A DNA stretch of 64,000 bases from Octopus vulgaris (Eukaryota): assembly GCA_951406725.2 (NCBI GenBank), contig OX597830.1, forward strand, positions 62,000,001 through 62,064,000, read 5' to 3'. How positions within the stretch are numbered: the first letter of the stretch is position 1; each line of letters opens with the position of its first letter. The translations under genes were made by a program, and so were the position numbers. The notes beneath the pieces are model-generated. The model was not told the DNA's origin. It did not search any database and worked only from the letters and a program-made list of their open reading frames with translations. Below, piece by piece: positions 24,701-34,900 of this stretch.

Positions 24701-25983
24701 AACAACACAAAACCATATAGCAGTAGGCAGAATAGGGTACTATGCAGTGGAACTGAATGCAGAACCATGCGGGTCAGAAGCAAACCCCTTATCACACAGT
24801 CATGCCAGCACTTTTGCATTATCTTCTATTTTTAACTTGTTTCAGTTATTAGACTGTGGCCATGCTGGGGCACCACCTTGAAGATTTTGCCAAACAAGTT
24901 GGCCCCAGTGCTTCATTGTTTTAAGCCTGGTATTTATTGTATCAGGTTCTATTGCCGAACTGCTAAGTTATGAGGGTGTAAACACACCAACACCAGTTGC
25001 CAAGCAGTACTGAGGGACAAACATAAACACAAAGACACACACTCACGCAGCTATATATACAATGGGCTTTTTTCCAGCTTCTATCTACCAAATCCACTCA
25101 CAAGGCTTTGTTTGGCCCAAGGCTACAGTAGAAAACACTTGCCCAAGGCACCATGCAGTGGGACTGAACCTGGAAACATATGGGTGGGAACCAAACTTAT
25201 TACCACGTAGCACCTTTATATTAGTGAATGGTTTATTTACACAACCATCTGTAACAGGTGTGCATGTATCTACCTCAATATTTCTGTAAGAATTTGAGTA
25301 TGTTAATATATGCATGTACCAATGGATCTCTATGTATGTTATATTGTCTTTTAACTGTATGTTAATTTTCAATTTTAACTAAATATATATTATTGATTAT
25401 CTTATTAATAACTAGCAGAGACACCTGCCATTGCTCAGGATTAAAATGGCATAATTCTCTAAATTCCTACTAAAAATTCTGATGGCTTTCATTTGAAAGT
25501 AAGGTCTGGTCAGCTTCACAGTCTCCTAAGAATTTAGTGTTCCTCCCACACTGACCTAAATCTTCTGTCACCACAGAAATAGATTGACCCTTTATTCTAG
25601 TGACAATCTGTTTTGTATTTTTACATCTAAATTTTTTCCCCTTCTTTTCTTCAACTAATTTGATTCCTTAACCTGCCCTTACTACCATTCTTATAACTAA
25701 GGAAATTTTTCTTACAACAGTTAGTTGTGAACTTAATTTTGGTCTGTGTGGCATCCTACTTCATGTTCCTGAAATTCATATCTACAGCTTTATCGGTATA
25801 TTTACCTTCTCTGGGATGTAACTAATTGATTTGAGAACTTTATATTATTGGAAAACCTATATGAAATTAGCTGAAGATTACTTGACATATTATATCTGCT
25901 GCAATATTTACAGCTTTTAATAAAATGTTATAGTATGAAACAATTGTACTAAATTACCGGATCCATTCTTGTTGCTTATTTTT

Positions 25984-26020
<37 letters not shown>

Positions 26021-27463
26021 TATGTTGAAACATATGATACGGGGAAATGCAGCATTGATGACAAAACATTTGCGGAGTAAATGATGGGCTAATTTACCTA
26101 AGCGATATGTCATGCATCCGTATGGAGAATTCCAGGCCCTAACCTGTTACAGAAAATTGGCGGTGGGTGGGTAAGTGATTTTTGAAAGCACCTTAAAGCT
26201 GTCAACACTGTGGCTACCATGACCTATGGTTCACAGTCAAATGAATGTAGGTGTAATGGAGGTACTGTATGTAAAAGGATACATTCCAGAAAGGGGCTGC
26301 AATGGGATACGGCAATGGTGAAGTGAACTGTTGAAATGTTGCAGAAGGTGAAAGGTTGACAATGGATTGTTGGTGTGGCTGTAGAATAAGAAACATAAAC
26401 TGAGCCTATGCAATCACATGAGGATATGCAGTAGTGAATTACTTGAAAAAGTAAGGCATAATGGCTTACTGCATGGTTGGTGGGAGTAACTGAAAATAGG
26501 CTTTGATACTGAAGTCCATGAAGGAAACTGCTTTGTTGGTGCAGTCTTTAGGACTGTTGGTATTATGCTGTGGAATACCGAAATGGTATACATCTTCACC
26601 ATTCACTAAGAGAAGTGGATACTGGAGTGCATCGTAGGATGTAGTAATTCCTCCAAAACCTCTCGGTAAACAATATTCTTTGTTTTTCCTTGTGGAACAT
26701 ATGCAAACAGATATTTTTTGCCTCTCACTCTAAAGCAGCCAACATATAATTACTCGTGTGAGAAGCACAACTCTTCCAAGTGAAGTCCTACCACAGACAG
26801 TGTCTGATCCTGGGGTTATTGATAGACAGTGAAAAGCTGATACGAATAGGAAATTGCATTCTGCTGAATGAAAAAGGACGTCTGGCACCTGTGCGGGTGG
26901 CACATAAAAAGCACCCACTACACTCACTGGAGTGGTTGGCGTTAGGAAGGGCATCCAGCTGTAGAAACACTGCCAGATCAGACTGGGCCTGGCGCAGCCT
27001 TCTGGCTTCCCAGACCCCAGTTGAACCGTCCAACCCATGCTAGCATGGAAAGCGGACGCTAAATGATGATGATGATGATGATGAATGAAATGAGAGGAAG
27101 CCTGGGTATGAAACCGTTCCCTTCTTTTCCACATTCAGACAGGATGATGGCCTCGGCAACATGTGGCATCATCTTCTTTACCACCAGGCTTGTCCCCAAC
27201 ATGGCTGCAGCTTTCAGGCTGAAACATTTTTAAGGATTTAAGGGTCAACTCCACAGCAGTTCAAGCAGTAAATTATTAAAGTCTGTAACATAACTGTAGA
27301 AGCTGTGTATATAATGAATGATAAGGTAAAAGAATAAGGTAAATCCGTACATACCAACAATACTCTGGAAAGTTTCTGATAGTGTAGATCGAAGATACGA
27401 TATATAAAATTCATCTTTTTGATTCGAGCGAAGAATTTCTGCTTGTCCAGCTCTGCGGAACAT
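7082..27463 (-). CDS. PEX10: PEX10 peroxisome biogenesis factor 10 (RING E3 ligase), complete 7-exon CDS, 891 nt / 296 aa
   Basis: Exons 27463-27355, 23016-22936, 17487-17411, 14196-13942, 12417-12257, 10349-10214, 7153-7082. All introns GT-AG and phases compatible. Motifs EILRSNQKDEFY, QTLGEEY, YHIAKRLLGVNY and a C3HC4 RING. Confidence 0.95.
8676..9017 (-). mobile_element. tRNA-derived SINE family D, full length
   Basis: tRNA-like head GGCGCATGGCTCAGTGGTTAGAGCGTC...TCGAATCCC on minus; exact 15-bp TSD cagtaagaataacta (8661-8675 / 9018-9032); related older copy at ~20350-20620. Confidence 0.85.
10214..10349 (-). CDS. PEX10: PEX10 exon 6 (RING): [32 protein letters not shown]
   Basis: ttttcag| acceptor, AAG|gtaaga donor, 136 nt; the ORF track shows the wrong frame here. 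Confidence 0.95.
11641..12045 (-). mobile_element. CR1-like LINE 3' end with (ATT)n tail
   Basis: Minus strand reads TRGHVYK...FRKHFFTLRVAEAWNKLP, typical of the CR1-group ORF2 C-terminus; (TAA)n at 11641-11666. Confidence 0.7.
12257..12417 (-). CDS. PEX10: PEX10 exon 5: IQFSLKPKTRFGIFWLLGWLTASQLLGGVLISAYQFHKTLQDLKSKVISSPLS
   Basis: (CT)n polypyrimidine tract plus tgcag| acceptor; AT|gtaagt donor; 161 nt, phase 0 to 2, matches neighbours; hydrophobic LLG segment. Confidence 0.88.
13290..13580 (+). mobile_element. Tc1-like transposase N-terminal (paired-like HTH) fragment
   Basis: MTDLLDFQRGQIVGAHMAGASITKIAEMFGVLRSTV...NSGRKPKLS; truncated. Confidence 0.75.
13942..14196 (-). CDS. PEX10: PEX10 exon 4: RRSFMILLHVWTPY...RFHLTAFYLRGIFYHIAKRLLGVNY
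   Basis: gtttcag| acceptor, TAT|gtgagt donor, 255 nt. Confidence 0.93.
14627..14720 (+). repeat. Compound microsatellite (GAA)n(CAA)n(TAA)n
   Basis: Read directly; produces the poly-R/T/I ORF artefact. Confidence 0.95.
14730..16730 (+). mobile_element. Fragments of restriction-like-endonuclease non-LTR retrotransposons (R4/Dong-like)
   Basis: WEQKPLHGKY, AESEGFILAAQDQSLLTR, CCHC knuckle C..C...ETIDHLISGC, YKARHDRV, ILWDFPVQTD, LLIDMSIP, KISKYKDL. Second endonuclease piece at 15770-16050; RT-proximal piece at 16480-16730. Bounded by (TAA)n. Confidence 0.75.
16738..17165 (+). repeat. 63-bp minisatellite, 7 copies, inside an RTE 3'-tail element
   Basis: Unit ATCCGAGCGTGGCCGTCTGCCAGCCTCGTCTGGCACCTGTGTCGGTGGCACATAAAAAACACC; one unit has a 6-nt deletion. 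Confidence 0.95.
17411..17487 (-). CDS. PEX10: PEX10 exon 3: GFQTLGEEYVNIIQVDGTLRAPVSTM
   Basis: gtttcag| acceptor, ATG|gtgagt donor; TLGEEY signature. Confidence 0.95.
18180..20340 (-). mobile_element. 5'-truncated RTE-clade (BovB-like) LINE: RT ORF, 3' UTR and (ATG)n tail
   Basis: ORFs 19112-20335 and 18760-19119: NYRGIKLL, QFGF..GKSTTDAIF, FVDMEKAFDRV, GVHQGSVLSP, LLYAYD (YADD mutated), RGRGRPRKTW. One frameshift near 19115; continues into a family C tail. Confidence 0.92.
21096..21420. repeat. Near-perfect palindrome, 143-bp arms, 39-bp spacer
   Basis: 21096-21238 is the reverse complement of 21278-21420; I found one mismatch. Confidence 0.95.
21882..21954 (+). ncRNA. Candidate hammerhead ribozyme with non-circularly permuted topology
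   Basis: CTGATGA 21943-49 and GAAA 21913-16; stem III CGTGT/ACACG, stem I CTGTCCTT/AGGGACAG, GUU site at 21896-98, all in register. Folded by eye. Confidence 0.55.
22545..22807. repeat. Perfect 94-bp inverted repeat, each arm carrying a type I hammerhead-like motif (Penelope-like ends)
   Basis: 22545-22638 = reverse complement of 22714-22807. The arm reads AGATAA-CCGAAGA-GATG..CATCT-GAAA-CTCAGAG-TT-TTATCT. Confidence 0.8.
22936..23016 (-). CDS. PEX10: PEX10 exon 2: GMRSWIHLRKELEVFADFTYFLLTTAAG
   Basis: catag| acceptor, CTG|gtaagt donor, 81 nt, phase 1-1; YF.LTT..G motif. Confidence 0.95.
27355..27463 (-). CDS. PEX10: PEX10 first coding exon: MFRRAGQAEILRSNQKDEFYISYLRSTLSETFQSIVG
   Basis: ATG at 27463; TTG|gtatgt donor; upstream acceptor tttcatag| at 27472-71 implies a non-coding upstream exon. 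Confidence 0.93.
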
Positions 27464-28144
27464 TGTCAGACTATGAAATACAGAAATACGGAGATATTTT
27501 ATGCTGTAGATTCTAGAGTTCTTCACTTAATATCATTTTAGTGTTGGTTCTTGATTTTGCAAATATATATATTACATGGGAAAATAGATATTACATATAT
27601 ATATATTATATATATATATATTATATTACATATATAACAAATGAAAGATCGAACATGAAATATGCGAGAAGTTATTGTCAATCATGACAATTGTTTTGAC
27701 ACATCTAACATCGATTCCTTTTCGGTAGGACACCCAACTACTGGTTCAGGAGCATCCGATGGTGCAGATATGTATATATATAACACCAAGTAAGTTAGGG
27801 CTTATGGATCCAACCCACTAAGGGATAATACTTATCCAATATACTGTTGGTGTAATACCCAAATTCTTAATACACAAGTGTTTTTAATTGCAATGCAATT
27901 AACTTATTTATTGTATTAAATGGGTGAAGGTAAAGAAATATTTTACCATTAATTTATAATACAAATAAGAAAATGGAGAAACACATTAGTTGGTTTATCA
28001 GCTTTCGGATATTAGAATGTTGTCTTATTTAATTATCAAAACTACAACCATAATAACATACATATATACAGTATAATTCAATACATATAAGATAATACAA
28101 TTATAAAAATCATAATATAAATTATTGAAATCATTAAAATCACT

Positions 28145-28274
28145 CCTTACAGCTGTTTCAGTCTATGGATAAAAGTAGTTTTTTTTTTTCCAGTGCCTAT
28201 AGTTGTCAATTATATTGAGGTTGTAGGCATTTAAAAATAGGGCACTTATATATAACCATAGGCCTCGTCAGAGA
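28145..28274 (-). ncRNA. Type I hammerhead ribozyme motif (Penelope-type) with intact core
   Basis: TCT-CTGACGA-GGCCTATGG...CCATAGACT-GAAA-CAGCTG-TA^AGG; palindromic stem III ACAGCTGT; ~90-nt loop II containing a further hairpin. Confidence 0.7.
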
Positions 28275-28339
28275 TTATAAAGAACTTTAAAAATATTAAA
28301 AATATTAATATTTCTGCAATGCAAATGGTCTTATGGTTT

Positions 28340-29150
28340 GCAATACTAACTTCAGAAAACCTGCCAGTCACCTAGTCACCTACTGTTCTGGCAGACACAC
28401 AAGCCAAATTGACTACATCCACACCAGAAAAAGGGAAAGATAGCTGCTTATAAATGCCAAAACTTTCCCAGGCAAAGAATGTGCCCCACAACATAGACTG
28501 GTAGTTAGTGACTTCAGGATCAGGGCTAAATGGATGCCCAGAAGACGACCAGCATGGAGGAGAAGGTCTGGATGCTTAAAGATCCTGCAAATGGACATAG
28601 ATTTAGAGAAATATTACTTGAAGCCTTTGACGAAATAGAAGGGGATATAGCTTCACATAATGAAGACAACCGGAGGTTTCTATGGGAAAATCTGCTGAGG
28701 GCCACTGACTAGATCTATGAATGGTGCAAAGTCCCCTCTCGACCCAAAATAACATGGTGGTGGAACAATGTTGTTCACAGGGCTATTAGAGAAAAGAAAC
28801 AGGCTTGGAAGGACTGGAAGAACAGTGGTAGCAAGGAATTGTATCAGACTGTCAGAAGGGAAGCTAGGAGGCAGGTTTATTTAGCCAGAGGGGAAGCAGA
28901 TAAGAAAAAATTTGCCAATGTTCTGTGCTGTGAGGCCCAAAGACTTGAGGTATTTCGTGTTGCAAGACAGTGTGTGAGAGAGAATTGTGATGTTGTAGGA
29001 GAGAAATGTGTTCGCATGGATGATGATTCACTTGCATACCAAGCAGGGCCATTTACTAGAAGGGTGAAGGGTCCTGTCTGATTTCTTGCTCACTAGGACC
29101 TTCATCTTTGCTAAGTTTATTTTAAAACCCTTTGATTCCAGGTACTGTTT
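28340..29150 (+). mobile_element. Degenerate RTE LINE fragment (endonuclease-RT linker) with a short inverted RT piece
   Basis: QIDYI, K.FPG.EC.PQHRLVV.D, TWWWN, A..AV..A motifs with stops; 29090-29150 resembles the minus-strand RT region seen at ~19600-19660. Confidence 0.7.
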
Positions 29151-30056
29151 CCACATATCACTATCAGTTTCTCCTGTGTTCACAATAAATTTTATTGTAT
29201 AAATCACAGGAATACTAAAAATTTGGGGAGGGGAACAGGTTCTATTCGTTTACCCCACGAGGTCTGGAAACTTGAAACAAAGTTATTTCAAATCTCCGTC
29301 CGGGATGAGGAGCTAGTAGATTAAATTGAAACCAGTACTTGACAATATTACTTTATATTTTTTTAGAGGAGCGACATGATTAAATCAACGGCGATCTATT
29401 CCTGGAATATGCATGTTATTTAGCTCTAAGTCAGCCTTCATAGAGCAGATATATTATCAAAGGCGTCCTAACAGTCCCCATCCCATCCCATTTCTTTCTT
29501 TCGTTTTTGTATTTTCTTTCAATTGAAGAGTATCTTGGGCTACATCCTGTAATTTGTCGTTCATTTCATTGGAAATTGTAATTTTGGGGAGGTTTAGCTG
29601 CTATTTCGAGCAAATCCAACGACCACAAACAAGCCTCCTGGTTGGCTTAAAGACACCACTACCACCATTTGATATCTCTGTGAAGTCGCACAACCTTCTA
29701 GAAATAATATCGAATGCATCTCCATCAAATCACATTCTATTGTCTTAAGAGGGGAAGGAGACTCGATTGGATTAAACGGCCTTGAATTGCACTTTACCTA
29801 AATAAAGAAAAAAATGGGACAAAACAGCTGGAACGTCTTCAATCATATGTATATTCAATCAAAGATGACATAGAGATAAGTAACAACCACTACACTCGAC
29901 AGGGATGAAATTACATCGTCGAATGACATTTTGTCCGATCGTTCCTAACATCAAAGCAGACTTAAGAAAACTTACTTAGCTCCGCTGCGGAAAGAGGTAG
30001 GTGTTGAAATCGGCGGTGTCAGGGGAATTAAAGTTCCTTTCGAAGTTTACGTAGAG

Positions 30057-30259
30057 CAGTGGTTTTCAACCAGGGTTCCGCCAGTACAGTCCAGGGGTTC
30101 CGCAAGAAGTTACAAAACTGCTAAAATCGGCAGTAATTTTTAATCCTCCTGTGCAGATATGTGTGCATAAGACTATTAAATTATTGCACAGGGGTTCCCC
30201 CCGAGCCAGTGGAATGTTTCCTTGGGGTTCCGCTCCAGCAAAAAGTTTGAAAAGCACTG
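30057..30259. mobile_element. hAT (Charlie-like) MITE
   Basis: TIR CAGTGGTTTTCAA / TTGAAAAGCACTG; 8-bp flanks acgtagag / acctagat (6/8, central TA); internal GGGTTCC repeats. Confidence 0.8.
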
Positions 30260-30315
30260 ACCTAGATAAATTGCTGTGACCTTATATATTGTTGCCAGAT
30301 CCATGAGAAGCTCGA

Positions 30316-30729
30316 GGATCTTTTCGGTTTGAACGGCAGTTTTTTTCTAGCGGTGTCATATGAAATTGTCACCCATAATTATGACTCAAGTATCGATCTA
30401 TTGCATTTCAGTCTGTTTTGGGATTAGGATTAGTTAGGGTTAGGGTGGGGGGAAGGGTATCTTTTTTTTCTTCACAAATGTAAATAAACCCAATCTGTTT
30501 CTTAAACGAGGCACAGAATGTTTTTTTTTACCTCAATAGACGTCACTGATTGGTTGAAATTGCAGAAATTGAAGAAAACAACAACAAATATCTTACAAAC
30601 TCTAGAATTTTCTCAATAAAGCCAAGAGAAAAAGATGTGTTATAAACACATTCTACCAGTATACGAAGTTTAAAATTTTTTAGTTACCTAGGAATTATGT
30701 TAAAAACTGCCGTTCAAACCGAAAAGATC
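30316..30729. mobile_element. MITE, GGATCTTTTCGG-TIR family (copy 2, with GGGTTA repeats); a third diverged copy at ~47463-47730
   Basis: Same TIR as 1526-1826; flanks gaagctcga / gaagctctg suggest a 9-bp TSD (Mutator-like). Confidence 0.85.
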
Positions 30730-31050
30730 GAAGCTCTGTAGGGCGATGCTTCGGTATAGGTACACAAGTGACTTTGTTTACAATTTAAATATTTTCAAAA
30801 ATACCCAACTCAAATACATGGTCCTCACGTTCGTTACAAGAACACACGACTGCTACTTACAAACCACATGTGTTTATTTACATTTGTGAAGATGATCGTC
30901 GATTTCTGTAAAAAAAATTTATTTTTTTACATATGGGGTTGGGTGGGGGGAATGGGATCTTTTGAAGTTGGCGTGAAGCGGAAGAATTGATGTACGTGTG
31001 TGTGTGAGAGAGAGAGAGAGTGTGTGTGAGAGAGAGTGTGTGTGTGTGTG

Positions 31051-31084
<34 letters not shown>

Positions 31085-31301
31085 AGTGTGTGTGTGTGCT
31101 TGATGGGGTGCGCGAGACAGAAAGTGAGGTGTGTAAGTAAAATGTTTTTGTTAGTGTGTGAAGAGACAGAGAGAGTAATGTTGCTGCTCTGTGTGGATGT
31201 GAGAGAGAGAGAGAGAGTATGTAGTGCATTTTTTCAATTTCTACAAGTCACGTACAGGAAGGAACTTTTAAAAAAGAATTACATGCATAAAAGTTGATAT
31301 T

Positions 31302-31564
31302 AATTGCAGCGTGGAAGGTGTTTGTAAGCCATTTAAGAAACACACAAAAGCCGTTCGATTCACTTCAACATTTAAGTTTAATTTGTCAAAATATTTTCGT
31401 CTCTTTAAGACCGCGACCTGTTCTCTGACAAAAATCCGTGAACAGGTCGCGGTCTGAAAACGACGAAAATATTTTGACACAAATTAAATTTAAATGTTGA
31501 AGTGAATCGAACGACTTTTTGTGTGTTTCTTAAATGGCTTATAAACACCTTCCACGTTGCAATT
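31302..31564. repeat. Palindrome with ~122-bp arms and 16-nt loop, directly upstream of CENPN
   Basis: 31302-31423 vs 31440-31564 reverse-complementary with a few mismatches and a 2-nt indel. Confidence 0.92.
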
Positions 31565-31639
31565 GTTTTCGTTCCAGCACAACGATCTCAGATCGGGTCA
31601 CTTGCTATGCAAGTACATCTCCGTAAAGTTGATATCGGT

Positions 31640-31700
31640 TGTGATCACGTGACAAGGTACCCGGATGTAATCATTAGCGCCGCCGCCATATTCAAATCCC
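31640..31700 (+). promoter_or_regulatory. Probable CENPN core promoter (E-box, ETS-like, YY1-like, CHR-like motifs)
   Basis: TCACGTGAC 31645-53, CCGGATGT 31661-68, GCCGCCATATT 31682-92, TTCAAA 31691-96; 30-85 nt before the ATG. Confidence 0.55.
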
Positions 31701-31728
31701 AATTATTTATTTTTTCCTCTCAAAAGAG

Positions 31729-31926
31729 ATGAAAATTGCTTTTCCTTCTTTATCCGATTTACCTCTGACATGTTTGCGAGTCACTTTAATGCGATGTAAA
31801 TCTGTAGATTTACATCCACTTCTAGAAAGATGGAATTATTTACCAAGTTCCGTCCTTCTCAACTGGAAAACTCTTCCTCACGGAATGAAATCTCTGATTG
31901 TTTCGGAAGTTATGAAACTTTGTCAG
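31729..31926 (+). CDS. CENPN: CENPN exon 1: MKIAF...LRVTLMRCKSVDLHPLLERWNYL...SEVMKLCQ
   Basis: CAG|gtttaa donor, 198 nt; resembles the CENP-N N-terminal helices. Confidence 0.85.
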
Positions 31927-34900
31927 GTTTAAAACTCTTTCCTTTTCTTTCTATAAATTACTATTTTTATATATAAACTAGCAGTATCGCCCGGCGTTGC
32001 TCGGATTTGTAAGGGAAATAACTATATAAGCATTTCTAGAGAGTTATAGCAAAAAAATTATGGTAAAATTTTTTTTAAATCGTTGACTCATCGTAGACAT
32101 TTTTAGAGAGTTATTTCCCTTATATAATAGCGAAAAAATGCATTAAAATGGAAAAAAATGATGGTAAATTATTTTTAAAATCGTAGACTCATCGTAGACG
32201 CGCGCTAATACCCAGAAGGGCTCGATATGAATCACGACTATAAGATACCCGGTTTTGGTTAAACTGCACCGCAAAATGTGGGAGTAGTTAGGAATCTAAA
32301 TCGTAGGAGACAGACAGCACACAACCTCACTTTTATATATAAAGATAAAGTAAAAAAATCCGTTATTTTCGTTACTTTAAATTCTTTTTAATGTGGACTT
32401 TTTTAAATCTTTATTTTGTATTTAGAAACATCATCTTTTCTTTAACTTGCTCGACCTTTCCTAATCAAATGTATTATTAATTATTCGCTAATTAATTATA
32501 TTGATGAGAGTTAAGGAGGCAATATAATCCTCTGACATTATATCCTATAACATTTTTTCAAACAATATTCATAGCATTCAGTTAATCACTATAAATATCC
32601 ATCATTTTCTGTTAAAATGTCTTATTGACGAGTTTCATTTCTTCACTTCCCTGAAGAGAAGATTACATTGTTTTACACCATTTTATTCCTTGGAAATAAT
32701 ATCAGTGTATATTACTGCATACCTCACCCGCCTTCTCTCCAGGGAGGAGAGTTTTAGCTGTTTCAGCCTTTCCCAGTTGCTGAGCAGTTGCAAAGGGACG
32801 ATCTTTGTGTATCTTCTCTGTTGAGTGACCACAGCTGTGAGCAGTAATCCAGGCGGCTGCGGACGAATGTCCTCCCGAGGACCATCATGGTTTCCTTATC
32901 TCTGGTTCTGAATGTTTTCAGGATCCATCCAACCAGTCGTCTGCCCTTTGTTGCCATCCTGGTAATGTTGATACCCAGGTCCCTCACTGATTTAGGTTCT
33001 GGGATTGAAATTCCCTGTGGACCAGTTGTAGCCTGTAAGTTTCATATTCAGTTTTGGATGCTGGTAGTGCAGGGCTTGGAATTTTTCAGCATTAAACTGC
33101 ATATTATTATCCTCAGCCCATCTGTAAATTGAGTCCAACTCCTGCTGCAGATGTGCAACATCGCTGGGGTTCTGTATTTTCTACAAGGGTGGCTATCCGG
33201 GTACTTGCGGGCATATCTGAGAGGGCCACTATGAAAAGCATTGGTCTCAAGACAGTTCCCTGTGGAACACCGCTCACTATTTGTGTTTTCATAGAGGTGG
33301 CTCCATTGGCCACTACTGCCTGACTCCTATCTTTCAGAAAGTCATGTAACCACTCTGCAAGTTTTCCAGCTATGCCGAGGTCACACAATTTGTGGCATAT
33401 CATACCATGATCCACCTTGTCGAAAGCTTTTGCAAAATCAAGGTATATTGCGTCCACATTTGAGTTGTTGAGTAACTGCCTCAACACCCAGTCATAATGT
33501 TGTAAGAGCTGGGTCAGGCAGTTCCTATCTGGTCGAAAGCCATGCTGGGTATTGGTGAGGTTGAGCAGGGACTCTACCTGTGCTTACTTGCAATGAGTCA
33601 TTCCTGAGAGTATGAGACCTTCGGGCCATTTGACGTTGGGAAAGTTGAAATCAGGTTAAACTATAAGAAAAATTTCCGCATGTTGTCCTCAATGCATTCG
33701 GCAAGCATGAAGGACACTAGAAAACTAGTTGCAGATGGTAATCTGATAATGAAACCAAGTGTGGTTGTTTTATACAATGAAGGGATGGGCAGGATAAATC
33801 ACTCAGATCAGCTGGCATCGACAGAAAATCGGTTGGAAAATTTGAGAAATGGTATAAAAAAATGTTCTTGTATATTGTTGACAAGTGCATCTTCATTTCC
33901 CGTTTGATTTGGCAGATGCCTGGAGGTGTTGGGGGATGGATTGAAATTTGAAGTTTGCTATTCTTTGAAATTATGGAAGTGTCAGGTCTGCCAAGATACC
34001 GAACACGTGGACATGATGATGCTGGATACTCTTCTCACCACTTAGTGAAGGGACACGGGCATTTTCTAAGATTGCTTGCCCTCATCATAAAGAAAAGTAC
34101 AGCAAAGTGAAAGGGAAACGAAAGGAGACCATATATTTTTTGTTCTGATTGTAATATGCAGATGTGCATGGTGCCATGTTTTGAGACATGTCACACCAAA
34201 ATTAATTTTTGAATTAACTTGCGCAATGGGATTGTATAAAGCAAATAGATGACATTTGTCTGACTTGTGCTGTCAATTGATTTACTCCTGCAGAAATACC
34301 ACATCAGTGTTCTGCACTGTGATATAAGTTTAAGTAAATAAACAACGCCTGCTTTGAAGCAATTGATGTAAATATGTGTTACTGTTATCTCACACTAAGT
34401 TTTGACCTCAATCAGCATGATTACCATGGCAGTACACGGGCTACCTAATGCACCACTGCCGTAAAGTGGTCAGCTAACCTAAAGTTCTATGTATAAAAAC
34501 TTAAGCAGCAGTACCTGGTACATGCCTCACAAGCTTTTGAGACTTTGATTCCTCATTTCATGGGTTTACCTGGCATATTCTGTTAGAAATATAGCCAGCC
34601 TTTGTAACTCACCATTCCTTCAATAGATAGTCATCTTGGCTTTTAGTAATTATTCTCATATCCTTCCATACTGAAGGTCGATAGCAATAGTTCCACATGT
34701 TTATCAGTAATGTTAAATTGTCACTTTTAATTAGTTCAGTTAAAAAAGGTAACTTTTGAATTCGCTTTTTGTTTTGTTTAGAGGGCCTGAACCTTTCCAC
34801 TATAATTTAGATGACAATTGTTATAAATCTAATTAATTTGTTTTCTCAATATGTATTGTACATGAGAGATTTTTTTTCTGAGCTATAGCTCGTAATTCCT

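Noticed and set aside
27709-27763. Minus-strand CTGAACCA-GTAG..CTAC-CGAAA
   Set aside because: Core deviates and there is no stem III or cleavage triplet.
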